Of a stretch of 32,000 bases of DNA, positions 9,206 through 18,985 are shown piece by piece (the stretch's first letter is position 1; every line of letters starts with the position of its first letter). The stretch lies in NCBI RefSeq assembly GCF_000011805.1, contig NC_006840.2; one strand, given 5' to 3'. A program made the position numbers and the translations under genes. A model generated the notes under the pieces. That model saw only the letters and a list, made by a program, of their open reading frames with translations, ran no database searches and had not been told where the DNA came from. The stretch comes from Aliivibrio fischeri ES114. Lineage in GTDB: Bacteria; Pseudomonadota; Gammaproteobacteria; Enterobacterales; Vibrionaceae.

Positions 9206-10582
9206 ATGAGAACAGAAATTGACTTAAATCAGCTACCTATTTCACTTGTCGGTGAAAGTACACCAGAGCCATTGCTGTATGCTTTTCAAAGAAAAGCATC
9301 CGCTCATGCTGGGGGAGGCGCAATACCAATCTCGGCGGATTTGTTTAATGAGCGCTTTTCTTCCGTTTCATCGGAAACCACACAGCTCAGTAAACATCGT
9401 TGCCTTTACGTTCATATCCCTTTTTGTCGTGTGCGATGCACTTACTGTAATTTCTTTCAGCACGCTTCAAGCAAGCAACTAGTACAAGAATATTTTGATG
9501 CCTTATTAGTTGAGTTGAAATGGAAAGCACAGCTCGCTTGGACTCAAGCTGCGCCATTTCATGCGGTATATATTGGTGGTGGAACGCCTACGGATCTTAC
9601 TGCAGATCAAATTGAACAATTGGGCAAAGCCATTCGCTCTCAGTTCCCATTAACCCCTGATTGTGAAATTACGCTAGAAGGGCGAATTAACCGTTTTGAT
9701 GAAGAGATGTTTGATAAGTCATTAGAAGGTGGCTTTAATCGTTTTTCATTTGGCGTACAGAGTTTTAATACAAAAGTAAGACGCTCAGCCAAGAGGCTTG
9801 ATGATAAAGAGTATGTATTACGTCGTATTCAAGAGTTAAGTGATTCAGAGCAAGCGCCCATTGTGGTTGATTTACTTTATGGCCTTCCTTATCAAACCTC
9901 CGAGATCTGGCAACAAGATCTCAACGATTTTTTAGAGACAAACGCACATGGTGTTGATCTTTATCAGCTGATCGAAATGGGCGGAACTCCTATGAAAGGC
10001 GTGATTGATAAAGGCAAATTGCCACAACCCGCATCAACCGAAGAAAAAGCCTATATGTATAAATATGGTGTGGAGTTCATGAACAAACATCACCTTAATC
10101 GCTTGAGCGTTAATCACTGGGCGCGAAGTAATCGGGAAAGAAGCATCTACAACAGTTTAGCTAAAACCACCGCAGAGGTATTGCCAGTGGGGTGTGGTGC
10201 TGGTGGTAACCTTGGCGGTGTAGGCATTATGCAACATCGCACGTTAGACGCCTATATTCAGTCAATTAAAGCTCAACAAATGCCGATTGCAATGATGACA
10301 CAATCCGCTTCTTCAGCAGGGTTATTCTCAATGATTAAAGCAGGGTTTGATCGTGGTGTTCTATCAAGAAAATCACTATTGCAGCAGACGTCAGAGGATG
10401 TCTATCAATACTTAATGCCACTATTTAAACAGTGGCAAAACAATGGATTAGTTAAGGTTAATGCCGATTATTTAAGTTTAACGTTAGCGGGTGAATTTTG
10501 GGCAGTGACTTTAGCACAAAGTGTGATATCCGCTTTATCAATGACGAACAAACAGCCTGTTTTTAATGAACATGCCGCATAA
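9206..10582 (+). CDS. hutW: HutW, radical SAM protein, anaerobic haem-degradation/haem-utilisation (HemN-like)
   Basis: VHIPFCRVRCTYCNFF (CxxxCxxC), AVYIGGGTPTDLTADQIEQL, FSFGVQSFNTKVRRSAKR; first gene of divergent hutWXZ. Confidence 0.93.
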   Translation: MRTEIDLNQLPISLVGESTPEPLLYAFQRKASAHAGGGAIPISADLFNERFSSVSSETTQLSKHRCLYVHIPFCRVRCTYCNFFQHASSKQLVQEYFDALLVELKWKAQLAWTQAAPFHAVYIGGGTPTDLTADQIEQLGKAIRSQFPLTPDCEITLEGRINRFDEEMFDKSLEGGFNRFSFGVQSFNTKVRRSAKRLDDKEYVLRRIQELSDSEQAPIVVDLLYGLPYQTSEIWQQDLNDFLETNAHGVDLYQLIEMGGTPMKGVIDKGKLPQPASTEEKAYMYKYGVEFMNKHHLNRLSVNHWARSNRERSIYNSLAKTTAEVLPVGCGAGGNLGGVGIMQHRTLDAYIQSIKAQQMPIAMMTQSASSAGLFSMIKAGFDRGVLSRKSLLQQTSEDVYQYLMPLFKQWQNNGLVKVNADYLSLTLAGEFWAVTLAQSVISALSMTNKQPVFNEHAA

Positions 10583-11102
10583 ATTTAATCAATATAATAA
10601 GAGTATTCCAGTGAATAAACACGTTATCGAATTATTAGAAAATGACCCATCATTATTACCAAGTGATATAGCTAAGCAACTGTCTATTAGTGAAGTCGAA
10701 GTGGTTAAATCATTACCTAAAGAGATGGTGACTATGGTTTCTGGCCTGAAAACCCAAGAGATTTTAGAAGGGCTAGTAGGTTTTGGTGATGTAACAACCA
10801 TCGTACATTCATTTGGTTCTATCTTTGAAGTTAAAGCTCCATTTCCAAAAGGGAAAATAGCGCATGGTTATTATAATCTTATGGGGCGAGAGGGGCAGTT
10901 ACACGGTCACTTAAAATTAGATTTAATTCAAGATATCGCATTAATTAGCAAACCGTTCAGAGGAACTGAAAGTCATTACTTTGGCTTCTTTAATCATGAC
11001 GGGCATTCCGTATTTAAGATCTATTTAGGTCGAGATAAAAAGCGCCAACTTATTCCTGAACAAGTTGAAGCGTTTAATGTCTTAAAACAAGAATATAAAT
11101 AA
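10566..11102 (+). CDS. hutX: HutX, haem utilisation cystosolic protein (HutX/ChuX family)
   Basis: Position between hutW and hutZ; sequence pattern EMVTMVSGLKTQEILEGLVGFGDVTTIVHSFGSIFEVKAPFPKGKIAHGYYNL...HLKLDLIQDIALISKPFRGTESHYFGFF. Confidence 0.9.
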   Translation: MNMPHKFNQYNKSIPVNKHVIELLENDPSLLPSDIAKQLSISEVEVVKSLPKEMVTMVSGLKTQEILEGLVGFGDVTTIVHSFGSIFEVKAPFPKGKIAHGYYNLMGREGQLHGHLKLDLIQDIALISKPFRGTESHYFGFFNHDGHSVFKIYLGRDKKRQLIPEQVEAFNVLKQEYK

Positions 11103-11154
11103 AAAATAGTCAGCTCAGCATACAACTCAGCACCAAATTTAAAAGGAAAGAAAA

Positions 11155-11682
11155 ATGAACTCAAATGTTAAGCAGGAAAGATTACAAAATCGTCTTGGCC
11201 CTGAAATTCAAGAGTTTCGTGATTCACGTAAAACCCTTCAATTAGCAACAGTAGATTGCGAAGGAAAGCCAAACGTAAGTTACGCCCCTTTTGTTTTATT
11301 AGAAGATGGTTACTATGTCTTGATCTCAGAGATTGCACGCCATGCAAGAAACCTGTTACAAAACCCTGATGTATCGTTAATGCTTGTCGAAGATGAAGAT
11401 TCATCGAAACAATTATTCGCTCGTAAAAGATTAACGTTTGATGCGACGGCGATTTTAATTGATAGAGAAGAAGCCAATTGGCAGCTGGCGGTTGATGAAA
11501 TGAAACAACGCTTTGGCGATATTATCGACGGCTTGAGTTCGTTGGAAGACTTTAAAATGTTCCGTTTAAAACCCATTCAAGGATTGTTTGTAAAAGGATT
11601 TGGTCAAGCGTTTCAAGTAAGTGGTGATGATCTTGTCGACTTTGTTCACCTAGATGAAGGGCACAAGAAAAGAACTGCTTAA
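11155..11682 (+). CDS. hutZ: HutZ, haem utilisation/haem-degrading split-barrel (pyridoxamine-phosphate-oxidase-like fold) protein
   Basis: KTLQLATVDCEGKPNVSYAPFVLLEDGYYVLISEIARHARNL...FGQAFQVSGDDL; third gene of hutWXZ. Confidence 0.93.
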   Translation: MNSNVKQERLQNRLGPEIQEFRDSRKTLQLATVDCEGKPNVSYAPFVLLEDGYYVLISEIARHARNLLQNPDVSLMLVEDEDSSKQLFARKRLTFDATAILIDREEANWQLAVDEMKQRFGDIIDGLSSLEDFKMFRLKPIQGLFVKGFGQAFQVSGDDLVDFVHLDEGHKKRTA

Positions 11683-11716
11683 TTCCAGCTACATAACATC
11701 AATAGAATTTAAGACT

Positions 11717-11743
11717 AAAGCTCAATATTTTGGGCTTTTTTTG
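11717..11743 (+). terminator. Rho-independent terminator after hutZ
   Basis: AAAGCTC-AATATTTT-GGGCTTT followed by T run (one G:T pair). Confidence 0.8.
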
Positions 11744-11751
11744 TATCTGGA

Positions 11752-11969
11752 ATACCATATTAATTGTAGTAAATTACGGGGCACTCTAACTTGTTAAAAT
11801 GCTTGAAAACTTCGTTAGCATTTTTGATTATAAAATTGCAGAACATGTATTTATTGTGATTGGTATCATATCTCACTCGAAAAAGTAGCAAACAGAATAA
11901 GTGACCAATAATTTTGGCATGAATTTTAGTTTGATTGATTTTCAAGCGTGGAAGTGCCGTTGATCGCAT
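11752..11969. repeat. Possible MITE/palindromic interspersed repeat, copy 1
   Basis: ATACCA...TGGTAT ends (11752-11757 / 11861-11866), internal perfect AAAATGCT (11796-11803)/AGCATTTT (11817-11824), and a trailing GGAAGTGCCGTTGATCGCAT (11950-11969). Similar landmarks recur in the same order at 26661-26913. Confidence 0.4.
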
Positions 11970-12063
11970 ATTTTTTCACCAAATTAGGAACTAAATATTA
12001 ACTTGATATCATTCAGTGTGAATTTTACTAAGTAACTGATTAATCTATTAATTAAGGGCTGAG

Positions 12064-14127
12064 TTGACCATGCAGGATGCTAATCAATCAAAGTTTGAGT
12101 TGGATGTAACCACGGTAGATATACCGCTTCAAGTCTATGAATTTACTGGTGAAGAAAAAATAGGTGAAAGCTATCAGTTTGAAATCACCTTCATTTGCGA
12201 AGACCCAGATCTTATTTTAGAACAGTGGCTACAACTGCCTGCTCGATTAAGTATCTGTGGGGATAATGTAAATAGCGATTCTAATACTCGGTTTGTTCAT
12301 GGTGTTATTCAGTCTATGGAACAAATGAGTACATCATTTAGATTCAGCACGTATCGACTGTCATTAGTTCCAGTATTTTCTCTGTTATCACTTCGTCATA
12401 ATTATCAGATGTTTCAGCAAAAGCCAGTGCATGAGATCATTTCAGAGGTTTATTCTCAAGCTGGTATTTTAAATCATCATTATGATATAGAACTTCATCA
12501 TACTCATGAGAATCGAGATTATTGTGTGCAATATGGTGAAACCGATGCGCAATTTGTGCAACGTTTAATGTCAGAAGAAGGATTAATTTCCTACTTTGAA
12601 CATACAGAGTCGCAATCTAAATTAATTATTTCAGATGGTAAAGAAACACACACTAATCTCCCTGAACTTGAATTTATACCTGAAAATGGCATGGTTCAGG
12701 AAAGTGATGTTATTTATTCTTTGGCTAAAGAACAGAACATTCAAACCGGTAAATATGCAATAAAAGATTATGTTTTTCAGCAACCAAAGCAAATGATTAA
12801 CGCTGAAAAGAGTACAGAGAAAGTAGAAGATACTGCGAGTGAAGAGGCGTTAGAGTGTTACGATTATCAAGCATTAAATCAAGCCAACCTTTATCTTGAA
12901 AGAAAACGCACCAATCAAATCGTATTACGTGGAGAGAGCGACAGTCCACAATTAACACCAGGCTATTTTCAGCCTATATCAAACCATCCGATAGAAGAGT
13001 GGAATACTAATTGGTTAATTACTTCAGTGAATTATGAAGGGAGACAACCGCAAGTGCTAGAAGAACTGGCAGAAGGAACCTCTCATTTTGAATCTCGCTT
13101 TCATTGTATTCCTTGGTCAGTTCCTTATCGTTTAGCAAAAATAGAGAAACCGCGCATTCATAATATTGATACTGCAATAGTAACGGGTCCTGAGAATGAA
13201 GAGATCTATTGTGATGAATATGGGCGAGTAAAAGTGCAATTTCATTGGGATAGAAATGGCCAAGCGGATGAGAAAACAAGTTGTTGGCTTCGTACCTCAC
13301 AAGGCTGGGCTGGTAATCAATACGGTCAGTTTGTATTGCCAAGAATAGGACACGAGGTGATCGTTAGTTTCATTCAGGGTGATCCCGATAAACCCATCAT
13401 CACCGGTTCACTGTATAACGGGGATAATAAACCGCCGTATCCATTGCCAGAGCATAAAACACGAAGCACATTTAAAACATCAAGCTCTATTGGTGCAGAT
13501 AATTTTAATGAATTACGTTTTGATGATAAAAATGCGTCAGAGCAGATCTATATTCATGCAGCGAAAGACATGGATAGTCAAATTCAAAACAACCGTACTA
13601 ATGAGATATTTAATGATGATCACTCTGTTGTGCATCATGATCAATTTCATCAAGTAACCAAAGATAATTACCTGACTGTGCAATCAGATAATTTAAGCTC
13701 AATTAAAGGTGACGCACACCAGCAAGTATCAGGCTCTGTTCAACAAAAGATCCAAGGCAGTCGGCTTGAACAAATAGGCACAGAGTTACACATTAAGGTG
13801 GGTAATAAAGCGGTCCTTGATGCTGGCAGTGAACTGACCATCACTACAGGCAGTAGCACAATGAAGTTAGATTCTGGTGGTATTCATTTACTTGGAGCGG
13901 CCATTGACTTAAATAAGGGCGGCAGTCCTGGAAGCGGTAGTGGATATGCAGGTATTACAGCTACACAACCTATTATGAAGCAGAGTGAAACGGCAGGCAG
14001 CGCGGCTGAAATCGCAACGGCCTCTGAGTACACAAGAAGTAAAATTAATGCTGCTCATCAGATAGAAGCACTAAAGACATCGGATCCTGTTTGTGAAGAA
14101 TGTGAACAAGAGCAGGAACAAGAATAA
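12064..14127 (+). CDS. vgrG: Type VI secretion spike protein VgrG (start TTG 12064 or ATG 12070)
   Basis: VgrG/gp27-gp5 signature: FIHGVIQSMEQ..., ENRDYCVQYGETDAQFVQRLMSEEGLISYFEH, DEYGRVKVQFHWDRNGQADEKTSCWLRTSQGWAGNQYGQFVLPRIGHEVIVSFIQGDPDKPIITGSLYNGDNKPPYPLPEHKTRSTFKTSSS, and the NFNELRFDDKNASEQIYIHAAKDMD needle region. Confidence 0.97.
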   Translation: MTMQDANQSKFELDVTTVDIPLQVYEFTGEEKIGESYQFEITFICEDPDLILEQWLQLPARLSICGDNVNSDSNTRFVHGVIQSMEQMSTSFRFSTYRLSLVPVFSLLSLRHNYQMFQQKPVHEIISEVYSQAGILNHHYDIELHHTHENRDYCVQYGETDAQFVQRLMSEEGLISYFEHTESQSKLIISDGKETHTNLPELEFIPENGMVQESDVIYSLAKEQNIQTGKYAIKDYVFQQPKQMINAEKSTEKVEDTASEEALECYDYQALNQANLYLERKRTNQIVLRGESDSPQLTPGYFQPISNHPIEEWNTNWLITSVNYEGRQPQVLEELAEGTSHFESRFHCIPWSVPYRLAKIEKPRIHNIDTAIVTGPENEEIYCDEYGRVKVQFHWDRNGQADEKTSCWLRTSQGWAGNQYGQFVLPRIGHEVIVSFIQGDPDKPIITGSLYNGDNKPPYPLPEHKTRSTFKTSSSIGADNFNELRFDDKNASEQIYIHAAKDMDSQIQNNRTNEIFNDDHSVVHHDQFHQVTKDNYLTVQSDNLSSIKGDAHQQVSGSVQQKIQGSRLEQIGTELHIKVGNKAVLDAGSELTITTGSSTMKLDSGGIHLLGAAIDLNKGGSPGSGSGYAGITATQPIMKQSETAGSAAEIATASEYTRSKINAAHQIEALKTSDPVCEECEQEQEQE

Positions 14128-14981
14128 TGGAAATGCAGTGTTTTGATTCTTTGGTTATTGATGATTTTTCCTCTTTCTACTTGATGCTAGATACCTGTCA
14201 GAGTGTTGATGTATTAAAACAATTATATCAATTAGATACGGTGATTGAGCAAGAGCCTCTTTATTTGTATGAGCCTTGGGATGATATGATATCTGTTTCT
14301 CCTTATTTGGTAAAAGCAACGCTTGTTATTGCGCAATGGTTTGAAAGTCAACGTGGTCAGCTAGACGGTTTCTTATTCAGTTCGGCGTTAGATCTAGAAA
14401 GCCTTGCAGAGCATTTAAGAAGTGTGATTAAGGTTCAGTCGCCTTACGGTTCATCCATCATATTGAAATCTGCGCATTCAGGGTGTGCCAATGTTTTATT
14501 CTCGACAGGAACTGATTGGTATTGGCAACACATTGATGAAGTTTGGCTTCCATATAAAAAGGGATGGGCGCATTACTTATCGCCTTGCTCTGAGATGAAA
14601 AGTGTCAAACCTTATCGTTTAACGGACGAACAATGGGAAGCGTTAGGAGAGTTAGCGACTGAAAATGCCTATGCCTATGTGCTTAATCATGTAGAGCACT
14701 TCTTCCCACATTGTTTAGAAAACGTAACAGATAAACAAAAATGGATTCAGTATTGGTTTGAGGCCGCTTATAGCAGAGGGTTTCAAAATGAATCTGACGT
14801 CTGTCTATTTATGAATGTGATGGGCTATTTGGGAAAAGAAGCGATCACAACCGATAAATATCCAAAAATCACAGAATTGATTTATCAAACATCACAGCAA
14901 ACCCCATCACAAAGAATTAAACAAGCGGCTGATTTGGCCTATCAATATCGTCAATCTATGCAAAAGGATTTACAAGAATGA
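14127..14981 (+). CDS. DUF4123-family T6SS effector adaptor/chaperone (VasW/Tap-like)
   Basis: Position directly between vgrG and a large effector with 1-nt (TAATG) and 4-nt (ATGA) overlaps; sequence pattern FYLMLDTCQSVDVLKQLYQLD...EPWDDMISVSPYLVKAT...GSSIILKSAHSGCANVLFSTGTDWYWQHIDEVWLPYKKGWAHYLSPCSEMK. Confidence 0.82.
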   Translation: MEMQCFDSLVIDDFSSFYLMLDTCQSVDVLKQLYQLDTVIEQEPLYLYEPWDDMISVSPYLVKATLVIAQWFESQRGQLDGFLFSSALDLESLAEHLRSVIKVQSPYGSSIILKSAHSGCANVLFSTGTDWYWQHIDEVWLPYKKGWAHYLSPCSEMKSVKPYRLTDEQWEALGELATENAYAYVLNHVEHFFPHCLENVTDKQKWIQYWFEAAYSRGFQNESDVCLFMNVMGYLGKEAITTDKYPKITELIYQTSQQTPSQRIKQAADLAYQYRQSMQKDLQE

Positions 14982-17900
14982 GCGAAGAAAACAATGCAGC
15001 CAAGTGTGGCAATAAAAAAGACGCAAAAAACCCAGCGGGGTCTTGCCCTGTAAAGTTTGGCGTTATTGACATTGTTCCAGTTCGTTATGCGATTGATGAT
15101 ATGGATGATGAAGAGAAAGAGCAGAAAAACCCATTACTTGATACCCATAAAGGTTACGGCTTTTTTGATGTTGCTCATTCAAAATATACATTAAGACAAT
15201 TAAGAGACGGTTGGCTTTACGTTTATAGTAATAAAGATAACACCTTTCATGAATATCAGGTGAAAGGCTCTCAATTCATTAAAATGGATTGGGGTTCAAA
15301 TGAAGCCGATAAAGCACCAGAAGAGAGAGGGAAAGCAGGAGAGGCTAAAAGCTGTTTGTCTTACTCTAAGAATGACACATTAACCATATCATTTTCTCAC
15401 CAACGTTGGACATGGCGCTTATGTGAACACATGCGTTCAAATACCCAGTGCCGAAACGAATGGATGCGGACGGTCGACTTAAAAACCTATTCAAACACGT
15501 TAGAGATAGAGCACGGTGGTAGCATGCGTGATTTTGTCCATGCCGTTGCTGATATTGGTACGCCAAAGCCCTCCGGTATCTTGTTTGAAAAAACATGTTC
15601 ACCATTAAAAGACGATGATTCTTCTGATGATGAGTTTCATCTCGCTACCCATAAGAAACCCGTATTAGAAACCGATTATCAATGCGATTTATTAGAAAAG
15701 AACAGCGCTTTGTATATCGCACTGGATGATCAGTTGGCTGATATAACGGATCTGTTTTTGAAGTTGTCTGAAACATACGTGCGTATTGTTGAACTACAAG
15801 GAACAGAGGAGGATGAATACAAAGCTCAAATGGCTGAATTAACACGATCTTTAGCAAGGGTAACATTTAGTGATGATCAACTTCCTGAACATATTAAATC
15901 AGATCCAATTGAACGGTTAAAACTAGAAATAGAGATAAATGAGTATTTATACCAAGAGCAAAATGTCCAACAATCTTCAGCATCTTATGAATATCATGTC
16001 GGTGAAGGGGTAGAAAATACCTCATGGTATAAGGCGTTAGAAGCGAAAAAACAAGCAATAAAAGAGCGGTTTAATTTTGAAATTAAAAAGGAACATACTT
16101 CTCAGTGGAAAAGGCAATATCGAAATTTTGATGAAATTCGCTGGAATGAGTTAAATGAATACCTATTTGAACAATACGATAAATTATCAGAAGTAGAAAC
16201 ATTAAATAGTAAGTTAGTTTATCAACATAAAGAGGTAACCGATGCCATTGAACAGATGGGTATCGATCCTATGTATTTCGGAATTGATAACCAAACAGAG
16301 GTTGGTCAACATTATTTATCCGAACTATTTTCACCAATAACCGTTGAGCTTGTTCAATCGGGCTTTAATGTTCCTGAGATTAAGCATTACCTAGAAAAAA
16401 TGTTAGATCTGAGCAAACCAAATAATTTATTAGCATTAGCCCCGTTTGCTTACTCAAAAGAAGTGGTGGATGAGTTAACCACTTACTCAGAGGGTGGCGC
16501 TGCACTTAATATGAGCAGTCCAAGCGACATGATCGCACTGCATACTCGATTATCAGAATTCGATACATTAACAGGTGACGTAAGAATTCAAGATTCTGAT
16601 TGGTACAAGCTGCTTCATATCGATATTAAAGCCGTGTTTGCTGCATTTATTGCCAGTAATAAAGCCAATCCGATACTGCAATTTCGACCTTCGATGGAGA
16701 TGCTCAACGCAATCCAACCTCGAACTAATCAATTCAGTGCACTTAGTTTTATGACTCGCTTCAGAGTTCTCATCATGGAAAATCTAGCAGATAGCAGTTT
16801 TATTGTTTCTGTAAATCCTAATTACCCTAAAGAACTGGCGGCATTTAATAAAAAATATGATCAGTTTTTATTATCTAACAGTAAAACAATGGCTGCGATT
16901 ATTCGGAAAGAACAATTTGCTGCCGTGTTAGTACAAAAAACGTCTGAATTTATTTCAGAGAACATGCCTCAAATGCTTAAGGTTTCACAAAACGGCTCAA
17001 TGTTAAATATAAAAGGAGCAATCAGCAAAGGCGTGGCAGAGAGTTGGGCTGCTTATAAAAATACAAAAGCAGATCTTGTTAGTTTTTCTGAAAGGAAGTG
17101 GAAAGGTTCAGCAAGTTGGAATGGGGTTGTTGCAGCATTAAATATTTGGAATTCAATAACCGTTTTTTCAAATTTACTTCAAAGAAACCAAGAGAGTAAG
17201 ACGACAGAGGAATATAAATCAGTCGCCGCAGAGGTTGTTTATACGGCTTCTTGGACAGTAAATGCGTGCGCCTTGGTATCAAGAGACGCTGCATGGGCTG
17301 AAGTGATGAAAGATAAAGATTTATTGAAAAAATTTAAAAAAGAAGCTATCGGAATAAGACCTGAGTTAGTCAATAAGTTTATTAACCTAACTAAGCTCGT
17401 TGCTGTTACTGGGTTAATCGCCAGTGTGTCTGAAATTTATTATGTCTATAAACGGTTAGATAGTCCTCTTTTATCAAAAGAAGAAAGGATGGCAGAGATT
17501 CTAAAATCAGGTTCATTAGTAGGCCAAGCATTTATTTATTCTACTCAATTAATATCATGTTTTATGAATGGAGCCATTGGTGCTATTTTTGCTCCTTGGA
17601 TGGTTATAGGTTTGGTTATTTTTGGTGTAATTTATATTGCTGCAACGGTATTCATTAATATGTTTAAACGAACTGATATGGAGTTGTGGTTAGTGCAATC
17701 CATATGGGGAGTAAAGATGGCTAAGTGGTCACCAGAAATTGAATTAGTTAACTTGCAAAATATATTAAATAAACCAGTAGTCCAGATAAACACTGGAATA
17801 GTTAGAACGTATCAGTCAATTTCTGATTCAGACAAACAATGGACATTAACAATTGAGTTACCTGATTACTTATCTGATAAATGGTTTGGAATTAAAGTGA

Positions 17901-18238
17901 TTAAAAGCACATCTAAAAAAGCAATAAAACATTATAATTTCATTGGAAATAAAGAAGTGAGTCAATCAGAAGTTGAAGTCAACTTCACTAAAGTAAACAA
18001 TGATAATAATTGTTATCAAATGAAGATTGAACGGAACCATTCAGAAGATATTTCTAATATAACTATTTATTTAGATGTTTTAGCCAATAGAACACCTCAT
18101 GTGATTTCTTATTCCGGCTTTCAAGGTGGTAGTGGAGATATAAAGCTAAATGTAAATAAGGTCACTTCATTTAATGATTATTCAAAAAAAGAAAATTTAG
18201 ATATGGAGATTGTGAGGTTAAATAATGCTAACTCATAA
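14978..18238 (+). CDS. VasX-like T6SS effector (1086 aa; conserved N-terminal toxin_VasX-type domain, putative membrane-active C-terminal part)
   Basis: N-terminus CPVKFGVIDIVPVRYAIDD...LRQLRDGWLYVYSNKDNTFHEYQV; downstream of vgrG and DUF4123; hydrophobic helices near the C-terminus (LVAVTGLIASVSEIYYVY, SLVGQAFIYSTQLISCFMNGAIGAIFAPWMVIGLVIFGVIYIAATVFI); size close to V. cholerae VasX. Confidence 0.82.
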   Translation: MSEENNAAKCGNKKDAKNPAGSCPVKFGVIDIVPVRYAIDDMDDEEKEQKNPLLDTHKGYGFFDVAHSKYTLRQLRDGWLYVYSNKDNTFHEYQVKGSQFIKMDWGSNEADKAPEERGKAGEAKSCLSYSKNDTLTISFSHQRWTWRLCEHMRSNTQCRNEWMRTVDLKTYSNTLEIEHGGSMRDFVHAVADIGTPKPSGILFEKTCSPLKDDDSSDDEFHLATHKKPVLETDYQCDLLEKNSALYIALDDQLADITDLFLKLSETYVRIVELQGTEEDEYKAQMAELTRSLARVTFSDDQLPEHIKSDPIERLKLEIEINEYLYQEQNVQQSSASYEYHVGEGVENTSWYKALEAKKQAIKERFNFEIKKEHTSQWKRQYRNFDEIRWNELNEYLFEQYDKLSEVETLNSKLVYQHKEVTDAIEQMGIDPMYFGIDNQTEVGQHYLSELFSPITVELVQSGFNVPEIKHYLEKMLDLSKPNNLLALAPFAYSKEVVDELTTYSEGGAALNMSSPSDMIALHTRLSEFDTLTGDVRIQDSDWYKLLHIDIKAVFAAFIASNKANPILQFRPSMEMLNAIQPRTNQFSALSFMTRFRVLIMENLADSSFIVSVNPNYPKELAAFNKKYDQFLLSNSKTMAAIIRKEQFAAVLVQKTSEFISENMPQMLKVSQNGSMLNIKGAISKGVAESWAAYKNTKADLVSFSERKWKGSASWNGVVAALNIWNSITVFSNLLQRNQESKTTEEYKSVAAEVVYTASWTVNACALVSRDAAWAEVMKDKDLLKKFKKEAIGIRPELVNKFINLTKLVAVTGLIASVSEIYYVYKRLDSPLLSKEERMAEILKSGSLVGQAFIYSTQLISCFMNGAIGAIFAPWMVIGLVIFGVIYIAATVFINMFKRTDMELWLVQSIWGVKMAKWSPEIELVNLQNILNKPVVQINTGIVRTYQSISDSDKQWTLTIELPDYLSDKWFGIKVIKSTSKKAIKHYNFIGNKEVSQSEVEVNFTKVNNDNNCYQMKIERNHSEDISNITIYLDVLANRTPHVISYSGFQGGSGDIKLNVNKVTSFNDYSKKENLDMEIVRLNNANS

Positions 18239-18956
18239 AGATATAGATAATACAAACAAAATAGAAACCATGAGAATGGCCTTATATAACGAAGAAGTGC
18301 TTTATGAATATGAAACCATCGAGCATCAATATTTGGGATATTTTGCTGGTGTTGGTTTTTTTAGTGTTATGAGTTGGATGTTATATGACTTTAGTCAAGA
18401 TATGCTAGATACAGGTGGTGTGGTGGCATTTAGTTTACTTACCATTTTCATGACATTGTTTTTTATCTTTTTTGGTTCTGCAGACATAAAGCGGATTTAC
18501 AAGTTTACCAAAAACGGAATATTAACCGAGCAGGCAGATGTGGTACCAGAGTACGCTTATCAATGCATACGAATGATAGGTCGAGTGGGTGTTGTTGTAT
18601 GTTTAGTTGCCGTTGTTTTTGTTGGCCCTATGGCGTTCGTTGGGGCAGGGGCCAGTGCATTACTCTCATTCAAACTGGTTAACTTTAGGCTGAAACCTAT
18701 GATGTTTGAAACTTTGTATTTTGAGGAGTCTGTGATAATAAAGTCTTCAAAAGCAAATTATGTATCAATACTTCCTAATGCAGATTTATTAGTTTCAGGG
18801 AATGGTTTTATCAGTAATGGTAAAAACATTAATGAAATTTTCAATACATTAAGGGAATTCTATCCAAATGGTTATTTTTATGAGGTAGAGGAAGAAGATG
18901 ATATATATTCCCATTATAAATATAAAGAGTTCTTACATCCAGCAGGTCAGGATTGA
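18225..18956 (+). CDS. Putative T6SS immunity protein 1, multi-pass membrane protein (TsiV2-like role)
   Basis: Overlaps the effector stop by 14 nt; four or so hydrophobic segments (YFAGVGFFSVMSWMLYDF, GVVAFSLLTIFMTLFFIFFG, GVVVCLVAVVFVGPMAFVGAGASALLSFK); paralogous to the next ORF. Confidence 0.7.
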   Translation: MLTHKDIDNTNKIETMRMALYNEEVLYEYETIEHQYLGYFAGVGFFSVMSWMLYDFSQDMLDTGGVVAFSLLTIFMTLFFIFFGSADIKRIYKFTKNGILTEQADVVPEYAYQCIRMIGRVGVVVCLVAVVFVGPMAFVGAGASALLSFKLVNFRLKPMMFETLYFEESVIIKSSKANYVSILPNADLLVSGNGFISNGKNINEIFNTLREFYPNGYFYEVEEEDDIYSHYKYKEFLHPAGQD

Positions 18957-18985
18957 TGTGAAATTGTAAGGGATGCGGTTAAATA

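Noticed and set aside
11760-11969. 69-aa minus-strand ORF (MRSTALPRLKINQTKIHAKIIGHLF...)
   Set aside because: Low-complexity, no recognised domain, lies wholly inside the candidate repeat; more likely a by-product of the repeat than a gene.
13019-13657. ORFs antisense/overlapping vgrG (107 aa minus, 92 aa plus)
   Set aside because: Fully embedded in the strongly supported vgrG frame with no RBS or family resemblance.
15366-17294. Minus-strand ORFs of 71-79 aa inside the effector gene
   Set aside because: Short, embedded in a well-supported long CDS, no recognisable features.
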